From Narcine bancroftii (Eukaryota): a stretch of DNA of 64,000 nucleotides. Positions 1 through 11,480 of the stretch are shown here, in pieces (the first letter of the stretch is position 1; the number at the start of each line of letters is the position of its first letter). The notes below the pieces were generated by a model. That model searched no databases. It saw only the letters and a program-made list of their open reading frames with translations, and had not been told where the DNA came from. A program made the translations under genes and the position numbers. Location of the stretch: the NCBI RefSeq assembly GCF_036971445.1, contig NC_091470.1, forward strand, positions 142,476,001 through 142,540,000. The letters run 5' to 3'.

Positions 1-487
1 CTTGGGTGCAAATTGGGCAGCATGGACTGATATGGCCTGTTACCATACTATATGTTTAATTTTTTTTTAAATTAATTTAGAATTGTAATTTAATGAGGGG
101 GAACTTCTTCACACAGAGAGTGATGGGAGTGTGAAATGAGCTGCCAGTTGAAGTGGTGAATGTAATTCAAACATAAGAAAAATTTGGACAGGTACATGGA
201 TGAGAAGGGTATGGAGGACTCTGGACTGGGTGCATGTCAGTGGGATTAATAATAATTTGGTACAAATTAGAAGGGCTGAAGGGTCTGTTTTCTATGCTCT
301 AATGTTCAATGGCTTTATGTCTATGTTAAGAGGCATGAAGATGATAAAACAATTGGGAATGGTGTTGGTGAGGGAGCAGAGTCTTCGGCTACAGAATTAT
401 ATTGATGGGCAAGATTATAGCAGATGGAACAGTCCTGGTAGGTGTGAGGAGCTGCATCTTGAGGTCAAATAAAAATAGGACATATAT

Positions 488-2710
488 TTCTTCTTTTCTT
501 TCTTCTTTGGCTTGGCTTCGCGGACGAAGATTTATGGAGGGGGTAAAAAGTCCACGTCAGCTGCAGGCTCGTTTGTGGCTGACAAGTCCGATGCGGGACA
601 GGCAGACACGATTGCAGCGGTTGCAAGGGAAAATTGGTTGGTTGGGGTTGGGTGTTGGGTTTTTCCTCCTTTGCCTTTTGTCAGTGAGGTGGGCTCTGCG
701 GTCTTCTTCAAAGGAGGTTGCTGCCCGCCAAACTGTGAGGCGCCAAGATGCACGGTTTGAGGCGTTATCAGCCCACTGGCGGTGGTTAATGTGGCAGGCA
801 CCAAGAGATTTCTTTAGGCAGTCCTTGTACCTTTTCTTTGGTGCACCTCTGTCACGGTGGCCAGTGGTGAGCTCGCCATATAATACGATCTTGGGAAGGC
901 GATGGTCCTCCATTCTGGAGACGTGACCCATCCAGCGCAGCTGGATCTTCATAAGCGTGGACTCGATGCTGTCGACCTCTGCCATCTCGAGTATTTCGAC
1001 GTTAGGGGTGTAAGCGCTCCAATGGATGTTGAGGATGGAGCGGAGACAACGCTGGTGGAAGCGTTCTAGGAGCCGTAGGTGGTGCCGGTAGAGGATCCAT
1101 GATTCGGAGCCGAACAGGAGTGTGGGTATGACAACGGCTCTGTATACGCTTATCTTTGTGAGGTTTTTCAGTTGGTTGTTTTTCCAGACTCTTTTGTGTA
1201 GTCTTCCAAAGGCGCTATTTGCCTTGGCGAGTCTGTTGTCTATCTCATTGTCGATCCTTGCATCTGATGAAATGGTGCAGCCGAGATAGGTAAACTGGTT
1301 GACCGTTTTGAGTTTTGTGTGCCCGATGGAGATGTGGGGGGGCTGGTAGTCATGGTGGGGAGCTGGCTGATGGAGGACCTCAGTTTTCTTCAGGCTGACT
1401 TCCAGGCCAAACATTTTGGCAGTTTCCGCAAAGCAGGACGTCAAGCGCTGAAGAGCTGGCTCTGAATGGGCAACTAAAGCGGCATCATCTGCAAAGAGTA
1501 GTTCACGGACAAGTTTCTCTTGTGTCTTGGTGTGAGCTTGCAGGCGCCTCAGATTGAAGAGACTGCCATCCGTGCGGTACCGGATGTAAACAGCGTCTTC
1601 ATTGTTGGGGTCTTTCATGGCTTGGTTCAGCATCATGCTGAAGAAGATTGAAAAGAGGGTTGGTGCCAGAACACAGCCTTGCTTCACGCCATTGTTAATG
1701 GAGAAGGGTTCAGAGAGCTCATTGCTGTATCTGACCCGACCTTGTTGGTTTTCGTGCAGTTGGATAATCATGTTGAGGAACTTTGGGGGACATCCGATGC
1801 GCTCTAGTATTTGCCAAAGCCCTTTCCTGCTCACGGTGTCGAAGGCTTTGGTGAGGTCAACAAAGGTGATGTAGAGTCCTTTGTTTTGTTCTCTGCACTT
1901 TTCTTGGAGCTGTCTGAGGGCAAAGACCATGTCAGTGGTTCCTCTGTTTGCGCGAAAGCCGCACTGTGATTCTGGGAGAATATTCTCGGCGACACTAGGT
2001 ATTATTCTATTTAGTAGAATCCTAGCGAAGATTTTGCCTGCAATGGAGAGCAACGTGATTCCCCTGTAGTTTGAGCAGTCTGATTTCTCGCCTTTGTTTT
2101 TGTACAGGGTGATGATGGTGGCATCACGAAGATCCTGAGGCAGTTTACCTTGGTCCCAACAAAGCTTGAAAAACTCATGCAGTTTGGCATGCAGAGTTTT
2201 GCCGCCAGCCTTCCAGACTTCTGGGGGGATTCCATCCATACCTGCTGCTTTGCCACTTTTCAGTTGTTCGATTGCCTTATATGTCTCATCCAGGGTGGGA
2301 ACCTCATCCAGCTCTAGCCTTAGGGGCTGTTGAGGGAGCTGGAGCAGGGCGGAATCTTGGACTGAGCGGTTGGCACTGAAAAGAGATTGGAAGTGTTCTG
2401 ACCATCGGTTGAGGATGGAGATCTTGTCGCTGAGGAGGACTTTGCCGTCTGAGCTGCACAGCGGGCTTTGGACTTGGGGTGAGGGGCCGTACACAGCCTT
2501 TAGAGCCTCGTAGAAACCCCTGAAGTCGCCAATGTCCGCGCTGAGCTGTGTTCGTTTGGCGAGGCTAGTCCACCACTCATTTTGGATCTCCCGGAATTTG
2601 CGCTGAAGATGGCTGCATGCGCGACGGAAGGCTTGTTTCTTCTCTGGACAGGACGGCTTTGTAAGGTGAGCCTGGTGGGCAGCTCGCTTCTTTGCCAGCA
2701 GCTCCTGGAT
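488..2710 (-). mobile_element. RTE-clade non-LTR retrotransposon, 5'-truncated, intact RT frame (in PPIH intron 5)
   Basis: Open frame 2710 to 557 with RT motifs (NYRGITLLS, VDLTKAFD, GVKQGCVLAP, LFADD) and the RTE-type C-terminus CxxCxRxCxSRIGLxSH. Very short 3'UTR and a (GAA)n-like tail at about 488-508; the endonuclease domain is absent. Confidence 0.93.
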
Positions 2711-2806
2711 TATATACTATATACTATATAGTATATATACTATATACATATATACTATATACTATATATATACATATATACTATATACTATATACATATA
2801 TACTAT
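2711..2806. repeat. Imperfect (TATATAC/TA)n low-complexity tract at the RTE 5' junction
   Basis: About 95 bp made of TATATAC and CATATATAC words. Confidence 0.9.
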
Positions 2807-4056
2807 TACTGATAAAGCCTGAGGGAGTATGAAGAACAAAGGATCCCTTAATTTGGCAGCACAGGCAGATAGGGAAGTGAAAAAAGCATTCAGGATGTTT
2901 GCCACCTTTAGCCTAATAGAATAAAGCAGCATGGAGGTAGGTCACTTTGCAACTTTATAAGACTTTTGTTTATAAGACTTTGTTTGTGCAGTTCTGTTTG
3001 TCACATGACAAGAAAATTGTGAATGCACTAGAGGGGATGCAAAGGATATTGGCCTGGACATTGCCTGGGATAATTGGAGAAAGTGGGAGGCTGGGCTTGT
3101 TTTCCTTGGAGTCAAGAGGGCAGAGGAATTACCTGATAGAGGAACATAAAATTATGAGAGGCATAGACAAGGGAAAGACAGTAGGAAACCTTTCCCAATG
3201 GCAGAATAAAGGCTTAAGGGAGCAACAAGAGGGAGAAAAGTTAATGAAGGCATTAAAGAACTTAAGATTGAGACAGAGCCAACACTGGCTGGCATGTGAG
3301 ACCCATCTTGGAGAAGTGTACATTAGAGATAGGAAGAATAATTTGAGAAGGCTGAGAAATTTGAAATTATGGCGTGGCTTATTGGAAGAGAATGTTGGTT
3401 AGTCTGCACATGGATGAGGGGTAGATGGAACATGTAAGAATTAAATATCATGGCAAAATATGTTTTGTAAAGAGCTGCAACTTAATGCAACACTTGTTCA
3501 AACCCCAATGGCAAGGCTGGTGGGAGTCATCTTGGGGAATTCCACAAAAAAGACGAGACTTAAAACAAGCCTGAGAAGTACTGCAGATATGTTAATAGAA
3601 GGCATATAAGGAGTAAGAGATCTAGGGATCTGATGGCTACAGGGTGGCTACAATGCTGATTTTAACTCATTATTCAATTTATTTTAAGCAAAATTTGCTT
3701 TTTTAGCAAATGCTACTGCAGTACGTCAGAGATAAACTGAATAAGAAGGTATTCACGCAAAATAAAGTTTTTCCACAATGAGGAGGATATTAAACAGAAA
3801 ATACTTTCTCCTTGTTCACTCTCCTTAGTTACTGGTTCAGTTGATTTAGAATTATGTTGCACGGACCAAGTCGAACCTGTCCGTTCACCTGACTTTACTC
3901 ACCTTATTTCAGTACAGCAGAAAGAATTTTTCAAATGAAATAATGAAGAAAGCAAACAACACAGCCAAATTCTTGATGTGACTTGATAATTCAGTGCAAT
4001 ATCTGAAATGTCGTTGAAGAATATGACTACTGACATATTTATAATGAATTACTCAC

Positions 4057-4099
4057 ATTCACAAAGTCTCCTCCTTGTATCATGAAATCTTTGATTACT
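4057..4099 (-). CDS. PPIH: PPIH coding exon 5; later exons presumably lie left of the window
   Basis: ctag|AGTAATCAAAGAT...GTGAAT|gtgagt, 43 nt, (R)VIKDFMIQGGDFVN, the cyclophilin active-site motif. I found no GDGTG exon in 1-4056. Confidence 0.94.
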
Positions 4100-4400
4100 C
4101 TAGAAGACAGGATGACACTAATGAAGGAATAAAATGGTTCTAAAGTACTATTGCTTTACACAAACGCATCGTTATACTTGCAAACAGTCAAAATTTAATT
4201 TATTTAAAGCTAAAGAAAATAACTGCAAATGGTAGAAATCAAACAAATACAGGAAATGCTCTGTCAGTCAGTACCTGTTCTCAGAATAAACATTTTAGGT
4301 AGGAGAATCCAAGTTCCGATAAGAGTAATGATTGTTTAAGATGGGGGATAAGAATCAATGACAAATTATAACAAACCTCAGTTTAAAATGCACACCATAC

Positions 4401-4445
4401 CTGTGGAATGTACTTCCTTTGTAACCCACAGGAACGCCATCCTTC
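4401..4445 (-). CDS. PPIH: PPIH coding exon 4
   Basis: tag|GAAGGATGGC...TTCCACAG|gtatgg, 45 nt, (R)KDGVPVGYKGSTFH(R). Confidence 0.95.
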
Positions 4446-4629
4446 CTACGAAACCAAAAAACATCGCTTAAATCTACGGAGTCGGTAGTGGAGGTTCTTG
4501 CATGTAGCGTGGGTATAATAGTGATCTGTGAATCCAACTTAATTTCAAGCAAATCCAATCCAAAATTATTAGAGGCTGACCACAGGCCACTAAATAAATG
4601 CACTTAAAGTCTGCCAAATCATTTTAAGA

Positions 4630-4918
4630 AACAAAATTATGGGAGGCATAGATAAGGTGATCAGCACATTATTTCCGGGAGCAGCAAACACTAAAGAACA
4701 TCCGTACAAAGTGAAGGGGAAAAATCAGGGGCAAGTTTTTTTTAAAGTTTTGGGAGCCTGGTGGTGAAGGTTGGAATAAAAGGAGAATTTAAGAGACTAA
4801 GGCACATGAAAGAAAAATGGAGGGTTACAAGGTAGGGAGGGTTTCAGATTTTTTGGTAGGTTTATATGGGTCGGCACAACATCGTGGGCCAAAGGGCTGT
4901 ACAGTTCTGTAATGTTTG
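4630..4918 (+). mobile_element. CR1 LINE 3' fragment
   Basis: aaaattatgggaggcatagataagg ... gggtcggcacaacatcgtgggcc, a typical CR1 3' end. Confidence 0.65.
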
Positions 4919-5754
4919 ATGAAATGTCACAAGTCATTGATGCATAATCCAGAGGTGAATAAGAAATCTATGATTACATCAATGACAGTGGGTTTTCTTA
5001 ATTATTCTTTGCTAATTTGTATGACCAAGAATTAGGAGAGCAGGGCAATTAGATTTAAATGATGGCTTCCATTGCTAGAGACAGAACAGACTCAGTGAAA
5101 TTGTTCAACCCTGTTCTATGTATAATCTGCATTCTGTGTAATAGTGGTAATCTGTAAACTAGTTTCAACACTGCAATTTATTTCAGCAAATAAATGGGAA
5201 AGTGATGGTGGATGACCAAAATCTGTCAATCCACTGGAGGAACTCACAGGTCAAGTAGCGTAAGCGGAAGACAAAGAACGGTCATTGTTTTGAAGAATGG
5301 TTCTACCCAGAAACGCTGACCATTCCTTTTCTCCTACTGATGCTACTTGACCTGCTGAGTTCCTCAAGTGGATTGTTTGTTATTCTACTTTCCAGCATCT
5401 GCAGTCTCCTGTGTCACCAAAATTACAGAGCTCAGCTTCAACTATTTACTTCCTGAAAGTAACTTGACATGATCTTTGCAGTAGGGAACAGGACTCAGTA
5501 ACTAAGTGACCCAAGCGAAAAGGACAATGAGCAATCTCAGTGAAGAAAACGAGTTAACGTATCGCCTGCATCTTCAGTTCACTGAAGGAGATAAAGATCT
5601 AGACATTTCTCATCATTGATTTAAATGGAGAAAAAGGCTGCTCATTTGGTGAAAACTTTCTAAATACTTCTATCATGGGGGATGACGGGATCACAGATTT
5701 GTAAATTAGTTTCTAAAATTCAGGAACAAACTAAGACTAAATACTGAACGTGCA

Positions 5755-5962
5755 AACGCTGTTACAGCGCCAGCGACTCGGGTTTGAAATCAGTGCAGCC
5801 TGTGAAGAGCTTGTATGTATCCCCATGACTTGCGTGGGTTTTCCCAGGTGCTCCGGTTTCCTCCCACCCTTCAAAATGTAAGGGGTTGTAGGTTAATTGG
5901 TTGTAATTGGGAGGCACGGATCTTAATGGCTGGAATCGGCTTCTAGCATGTTGAAAATAAAA
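5755..5962 (+). mobile_element. tRNA-derived SINE (HE1/V-SINE-like)
   Basis: B-box-like head, V-SINE-type core (gcgtgggttttcccaggtgctccggtttcctcccac) and A-rich tail. Confidence 0.75.
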
Positions 5963-5976
5963 AGGTTGGCACTGAC

Positions 5977-6000
5977 CTAAATTCTCCAGTACAGAACTGC
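5977..6000 (-). CDS. PPIH: PPIH coding exon 3 (24-nt microexon)
   Basis: ttttag|GCAGTTCTGTACTGGAGAATTTAG|gtcagt, encodes (R)QFCTGEF(R); separated from exon 2 by an 87-nt intron. Confidence 0.93.
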   Translation of the reverse strand, partial: AVLYWRI

Positions 6001-6087
6001 CTAAAATGAAAAAAAAAGAATTAGCAATAATACAATAATAAGTTACAGTTATTTTGCAGAAGGATGTGAGAGCAAAGAACATTTTAC

Positions 6088-6152
6088 CTGATGTTCTCTG
6101 CTACCCTGGGCACGACATCAGCAAAAAGTTCAATCTTCATCCGGCCTACTTC
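6088..6152 (-). CDS. PPIH: PPIH coding exon 2
   Basis: tag|GAAGTAGGC...AACATCAG|gtaaaa, 65 nt, EVGRMKIELFADVVPRVAENI(R); in frame with exon 1. Confidence 0.95.
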
Positions 6153-6613
6153 CTAATCCAGAACAAAAAGGCTAATTTGAACATCAAGCTTAATGCCTGA
6201 TTAAAGTTGGAGTATTGTGTCGAGCACTTGCCATAATACAGGAAAGTCATGGCTACTTTTGAGAAGGCTGCCAGATCAAAAAACATCTTGAGTAAAGACC
6301 TAATAAACTAGGAACAGAGAGAGCTGAGAGAAGATTTACTTGAGATGTCAAAAATTATGAAGTGTCTAGAAAGGGTAAATAGGAAGTCCTAAATTAGTGA
6401 TTAAAAACCAGGAATAAAACACGAAAGTGTCCAGACACTGTGGTTGCAATAAAAACACAATGGTGGAGAAACTTGGCAGGTCAAACAGAAAGCCTGGTGA
6501 GTTTCTCCAGCATTGTGATTTTACTCTTCCTTGAACTGTTCCCAAGGCCGGTTCCCCTTTACATTCATCACGGCTGGTATCAGGGTGCTGTGGAGAAGGA
6601 CTACAGTCCAGAG

Positions 6614-6973
6614 CAACTATTCTCTAGGGTAAAACACAAAGTCTGCAGACACTGTGGATGAAATAGCAAAATGCTGAAAAAACACTCAGCAGGTCAAACA
6701 GTGAACTATGTAGCAAAGATAAAGAAACATAACTAATGTTTTGGGCTTAAGCCCTTCAACAAGGTACGAGCAAAAATGTCAGCCATTCTCTACCCTTTTT
6801 GGCTATGGTCTTCAAAGTTTACAGGCCCCTTCCCTCTGAAGCAGTCAAGTTTAGTTGATTTCTTTGGTACTTATCTCCTACCAACAACATAAAAACACAA
6901 ACATTTGATGATTTCAGCCTCTGGTCCCCCTTAAATGTGTTGTGGCCCCCAGGAGCCCGATTGATGATGGCTG
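6614..6973. mobile_element. hAT-type MITE with perfect 8-bp TSD, interrupted by a Penelope-derived element
   Basis: GTCCAGAG at 6606-6613 and 6974-6981; terminal inverted repeats cagccattctc / gatgatggctg; related internal sequence at about 18805-18990. Confidence 0.7.
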
Positions 6974-7330
6974 GTCCAGAGACTTTCCTTCACCAGGCAT
7001 AGAGGGGCTAAGAGCGAGGGTAAGTCCCTCAGACAAGGAATGACAAGGGGCAGAGTGGTAGTAATGAGGTAAATACAGAATGAATGGAATAATGTCTGGT
7101 CATGGGAATGTAAGGAGATGACAAGAGGGTGGGAAGGGACTTCTGTTAGTAATTCTTAAAGCAGAGATCCATTGACTATTATGGGAGGAAATTTTCATAA
7201 AAGAGTAAACTCATTATAATTTCTTTGTAAAAGCAAATTTTCGTAATTTGACTATTTGTAACGTGGGGTTTACCTGTAAATATACTGAATAAAATCTGTG
7301 GTTTTAAAAAAAGGACCAGAGTTGCACTGT

Positions 7331-9760
7331 CCACCCCAACCACCTCCACACCCCCATCCTACACTAACCCTCCCTTCCCCATCCTAACATCAGCCACCCA
7401 CTCTCACCACCCCCTCACCCCCCACGACCCCTTCCCTCACCGCCCTTTGTTCTTGCCCACCTTCCTACCCCTTCATCCCCCACCACCCCTACCCTCAACG
7501 CCCTTCGTTCTCGCCCACCATCCCCACCCTTCATCCCCCACCAACCCCTTCCCTCACCACCCTTCGTTCTCGCCCACCTTCCCCACATCCTCATCCCCCA
7601 CCACCCCTTTTCCTCACCGCCCTTCGTTCTCGCCCATCTTCTCCACCCACTCACCCCCCACCACCCCTTTCCTCACCGCCCTTCGTTCTCGCCCACCTTC
7701 TCAACCCTTTCATCCCCCACCACCCCTTCCCTCACCGCCCTTCGTTCTCGCCCATCTTCTCCACCCACTCACCCCCCACCACCCCTTTCCTCACCGCCCT
7801 TCGTTCTCGCCCACCTTCTCAACCCTTTCATCCCCCACCACCCCCTTCCCTCACCACCCTTCGTTCTCGCCCACCTTCCCCACCCCCTCATCCCCCCACC
7901 ACTGACTTTCCTCACCGTCCGTTCTCACCCACCTTCCCCACTCCCTCATCCCCCACCTTCCCTCACCGCCCTTCGTTCTCCCCCACCTTCCACACCCCCT
8001 CATCCCCCACTTTCCCTCACCGTCCTTCGTTCTCGCCCACCTTCCCCAACCCCTCATCCCCCACCATCCCCTTTCCTCACCGACCTTCATTCTCGTCCAC
8101 CTTCCCCACCCCTCATCCCCCACCTTCCCCACTCCCTCATCCTCCACCTTCCCCACTCCCTCATCTCCCACCTTCCCTCACAGCCCTTCCTTCTCCCCCA
8201 CCCCCTCATCCCCCACTTTCCCTCACCGTCCTTCGTTCTCGCCCACCTTCCCCACCCCCTCATCCCCCACCTTCCCCACCCCCTCATCCCCCACTTTCCC
8301 CACCCCCTTATCCCCCACCTTCCCCACCCCCTCATCCCCCACCTTCCCCACCCCCTCATCCCCCACCTTCCCCACCCCCTCATCCCCCACCTTCCCCACC
8401 CCCTCATCCCCCACCTTCCCCACCCCCTCATCCCCCACCTTCCCCACCCCCTCATCCCCCACCTTCCCCACCCCCTCATCCCCCACCCCCCACCTTCCCT
8501 CACTGCCCTTCGTTCTCGCCCACCTTCCCCACCCCCTCATCCCCCACCTTCCCCACCCCCTCATCCCCCACCTTCCCCACCCCCTCATCCCCCACCTTCC
8601 CCACCCCCTCATCCCCCACCTTCCCCACCCCCTCATCCCCCACCTTCCCTCACTGCCCTTCGTTCTCGCCCACCTTCCACAGCCCTTCATCCCCAACCTT
8701 TCCTCACCGACCTTCGTTCTCGTCCACCTTCCCCACCCCCTCATCCCCCACCCTCCCCACCCCCTCATCCCCCACCTTCCCCACCCCCTCATCCCCCACC
8801 TTCCCCACCCCCTCATCCCCCACCTTCCCCACCCCCTCATCCCCCACCTTCCCTCACTGCCCTTCGTTCTCGCCCACCTTCCACAGCCCTTCATCCCCCA
8901 CCTTTCCTCACCGACCTTCGTTCTCGTCCACCTTCCCCACCCCCTCATCCCCCACCTTCCCCACCCCCTCATCCCCCCACCTTCCCCACCCCCTCATCCC
9001 CCACCTTCCCCACCCCCTCATCCCCCACCTTCCCCACCCCCTCATCCCCCACCTTCCCCACCCCCTCATCCCCCACCTTCCCCACCCCCTCATCCCCCAC
9101 CTTCCCCACCCCCTCATCCCCCACCTTCCCCACCCCCTCATCCCCCACCTTCCCCACCCCCTCATCCCCCACTTTCCCCACCCCCTCATCCCCCACCTTC
9201 CCCACCCCCTCATCCCCCACCTTCCCCACCCCCACCTTCCCCACCTCCTCATCCCCCACCTTCCCCACCCCCTCATCCCCCACCTTCCCCACCCCCTCAT
9301 CCCCCACCCCCTCATCCCCCACCTTCCCCACCCCCTCATTCCCCACCTTCCCCACCCCCTCATCCCCCACCTTCCCCACCCCCTCATCCCCCACCCTCCC
9401 CACCCCCTCATCCCCCACCTTCCCCAACCCCTCATCCCCCACCTTCCCCACCCCCTCATCCCCCACCCCCTCATCCCCCACCTTCCCCACCCCCCTCATC
9501 CCCCACCTTCCCCACCCCCTCATCCCCCACCTTCCCCACCCCCTCATCCCCCACCTTCCCCACCCCCTCATCCCCCACCCCCTCATCCCCCACCTTCCCC
9601 ACCCCCCTCATCCCCCACCTTCCCCACCCCCCTCATCCCCCACCTTCCCCACCCCCTCACCCCCCCATCCCCTCATCCCCCACTTTCCCCACCCCCTCAT
9701 CCCCCACCTTCCCCAATACCCGCCGCCCTTCGTTCTCGCCCCCCTTCATCCTTAAAGCCC
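7331..9760. repeat. C-rich/G-rich compound minisatellite in PPIH intron 1
   Basis: 24-bp unit TCCCCACCCCCTCATCCCCCACCT dominates about 8240-9720. A longer unit containing GCCCTTCGTTCTCGCCCACCTT dominates about 7440-8240. Confidence 0.95.
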
Positions 9761-9823
9761 CGCATCCACAACCCCTCATGGTGCCGAGGCCGCCCGTTCC
9801 TCCCCCCATTGCCGCCCCCCGAC

Positions 9824-9889
9824 CTGGCCGCCGATAGTGATGTCGAAGAACACCACGGGGTTGTTGGGGTTGAAAGAAGGCACCGCCAT
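9824..9889 (-). CDS. PPIH: Peptidyl-prolyl cis-trans isomerase H (cyclophilin H), coding exon 1
   Basis: ATG at 9889 gives MAVPSFNPNNPVVFFDITIGGQ (66 nt), then donor CAG|gtcggg. Closely resembles the vertebrate PPIH N-terminus ([22 protein letters not shown]). Confidence 0.95.
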
Positions 9890-9944
9890 TCCGCACTACC
9901 GAGGCGGGACCAGGATGTCTACCGCTGTCAATCAATGCCGAATC

Positions 9945-9960
9945 TGACGTCACATCCGGT
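9945..9960 (-). promoter_or_regulatory. PPIH proximal promoter: perfect CRE overlapping an ETS-like site
   Basis: Minus strand reads ACCGGATGTGACGTCA; the TGACGTCA palindrome is at 9945-9952, about 55 nt upstream of the ATG in CpG-rich sequence. Confidence 0.6.
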
Positions 9961-10004
9961 CATCAGCTTCTTGTCAGCAACAAGTTTTGTGGCAGCAGCA
10001 TAAG

Positions 10005-11480
10005 GCATCCTGGTTCCAATACCTGGTACCCTTACCGCGCCCTCGCGTCCCGGTTCCAATACCTGGTACCCTTACCGCGCCCTCGCGTCCCGGTTCCAAT
10101 ACCTGGTACCCTTTCCGCGCCCTCGCGTCCCGGTTCCAATACCTGGTACCCTTTCCGCGCCCTCGCGTCCCGGTTCCAATACCTGGTACCCTTTCCGCGC
10201 CCTCGCGTCCCGGTTCCAATACCTGGTACCCTTACCGCGCCCTCGCGTCCCGGTTCCAATACCTGGTACCCTTACCGCGTCCCGGTTCCAATACCTGGTA
10301 CCCTTTCCACGCCCTCGCGTCCCGGTTCCAATACCTGGTACCCTTTCCGCGCCCTCGCGTCCCGGTTCCAATACCTGGTACCCTTTCCGCGCCCTCGCGT
10401 CCCGGTTCCAATACCTGGTACCCTTTCCGCGCCCTCGCGTCCCGGTTCCAATACCTGGTACCCTTTCCGCGCTCTCGCGTCCCGGTTCTAATACCTGGTA
10501 TTCTTTCCGTGCCCTCGCGTCCTGGTTTTAATACCTGCAACCCTTTCCATGCCCTCGCGTCCCGGTTCCAATACCTGGTACCCTTTCCGTGCCCTCGCGT
10601 CCCGGTTCCAATACCTGGTACCCTTTCCACGCTCTCGCATCCTGGTTCCAATACCTGGTACCCTTTCCACGCCCTCGCGTCCCGGTTCCTATACCTGGTA
10701 CCCTTTCCACGCCCTCGCGTCGGTTCCAATACCTGGTACCCTTTCTGCACTCTCGCATCCTGGTTCCAATACCTGGTATTCTTTCCGTGCCCTCGCGTCT
10801 CGGTTCCGTGCCCTCGCGTCCTGGTTCCTATACCTGGTACCCTTTCCACGCCCTCGCATCGGTTCCAATACATGATACCCTTTCCGCGCTCTCGCATCCT
10901 GGTTCCAATACCTGGTATTCTTTCCGTGCCCTCACGTCCTGGTTCCTATACCTGGTACCCTTTCCACGCCCTCGCGTTGGTTCCAATACCTGGTACCCTT
11001 TCCGCGTTCTCGCATCCTGGTTCCAATACCTGGTATTCTTTCCATGCCCTCGCGTCCCGGTTCCAATACCTGGTACCCTTTCCGCGCCCTCGCGTCCCGG
11101 TTCCTATACCTGGTACCCTTTCCGTGCCCTCGCGTTCCGGTTCCAATACCTGGTACCCTTTCCGCGCCCTCGCGTCCCGGTTCCTATACCTGGTACCCTT
11201 TCCGTGCCCTCGCGTCCCGGTTCCAATACCTGGTACCCTTTCCGCACCCTCGCGTCCCGGTTCCAATACCTGGTACCCTTTCCGCGCCCTCGCGTCCCGG
11301 TTCCAATACCTGGTACCCTTTCCGCGCCCTCGCGTCCCGGTTCCTATACCTGGTACACTTTCCGCACCCTCGCGTCCCAGTTCCTATACCTGGTACCTTT
11401 TCCGCGCCCTCACATCCCAGTTCCAATACCTGGTACCCTTTCTGCACCCTTGTGTCCCGGTTCCAATACCTGGTACCCCT
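10005..11480. repeat. 40-bp CpG-rich minisatellite, about 37 copies
   Basis: Unit CCTCGCGTCCCGGTTCCAATACCTGGTACCCTTTCCGCGC. It accounts for the long repetitive ORFs at 9987-11803. Confidence 0.97.

Larger units (their letters stand above)
400..3340 (+). mobile_element. Old CR1-type LINE fragment split by the RTE insertion
   Basis: CR1 ORF2-like sequence (gcagatggaa...gtgtgagg...gaggtcaaat...ggacatata) resumes after 2800 and continues into QLYKT...VQF...ALEGMQR-like degenerate coding. Confidence 0.7.

Noticed and set aside
402-2256. Plus-strand and alternate-frame ORFs overlapping the RTE
   Set aside because: Antisense or off-frame shadows of the RT coding sequence.
3890-3930. Consensus donor AAG|gtgagt on the minus strand in PPIH intron 5, as a possible exon 6 or poison exon
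   Set aside because: No convincing acceptor, and no frame encodes the expected GDGTG... peptide.
7415-9586. MRGWGRWG- and GDEGVGKV-repeat ORFs
   Set aside because: Translations of the 24-bp intronic minisatellite.
10005-11480. CRISPR-like appearance of regularly spaced repeats
   Set aside because: Units are head-to-tail with no unique spacers, there are no cas genes and the context is vertebrate.
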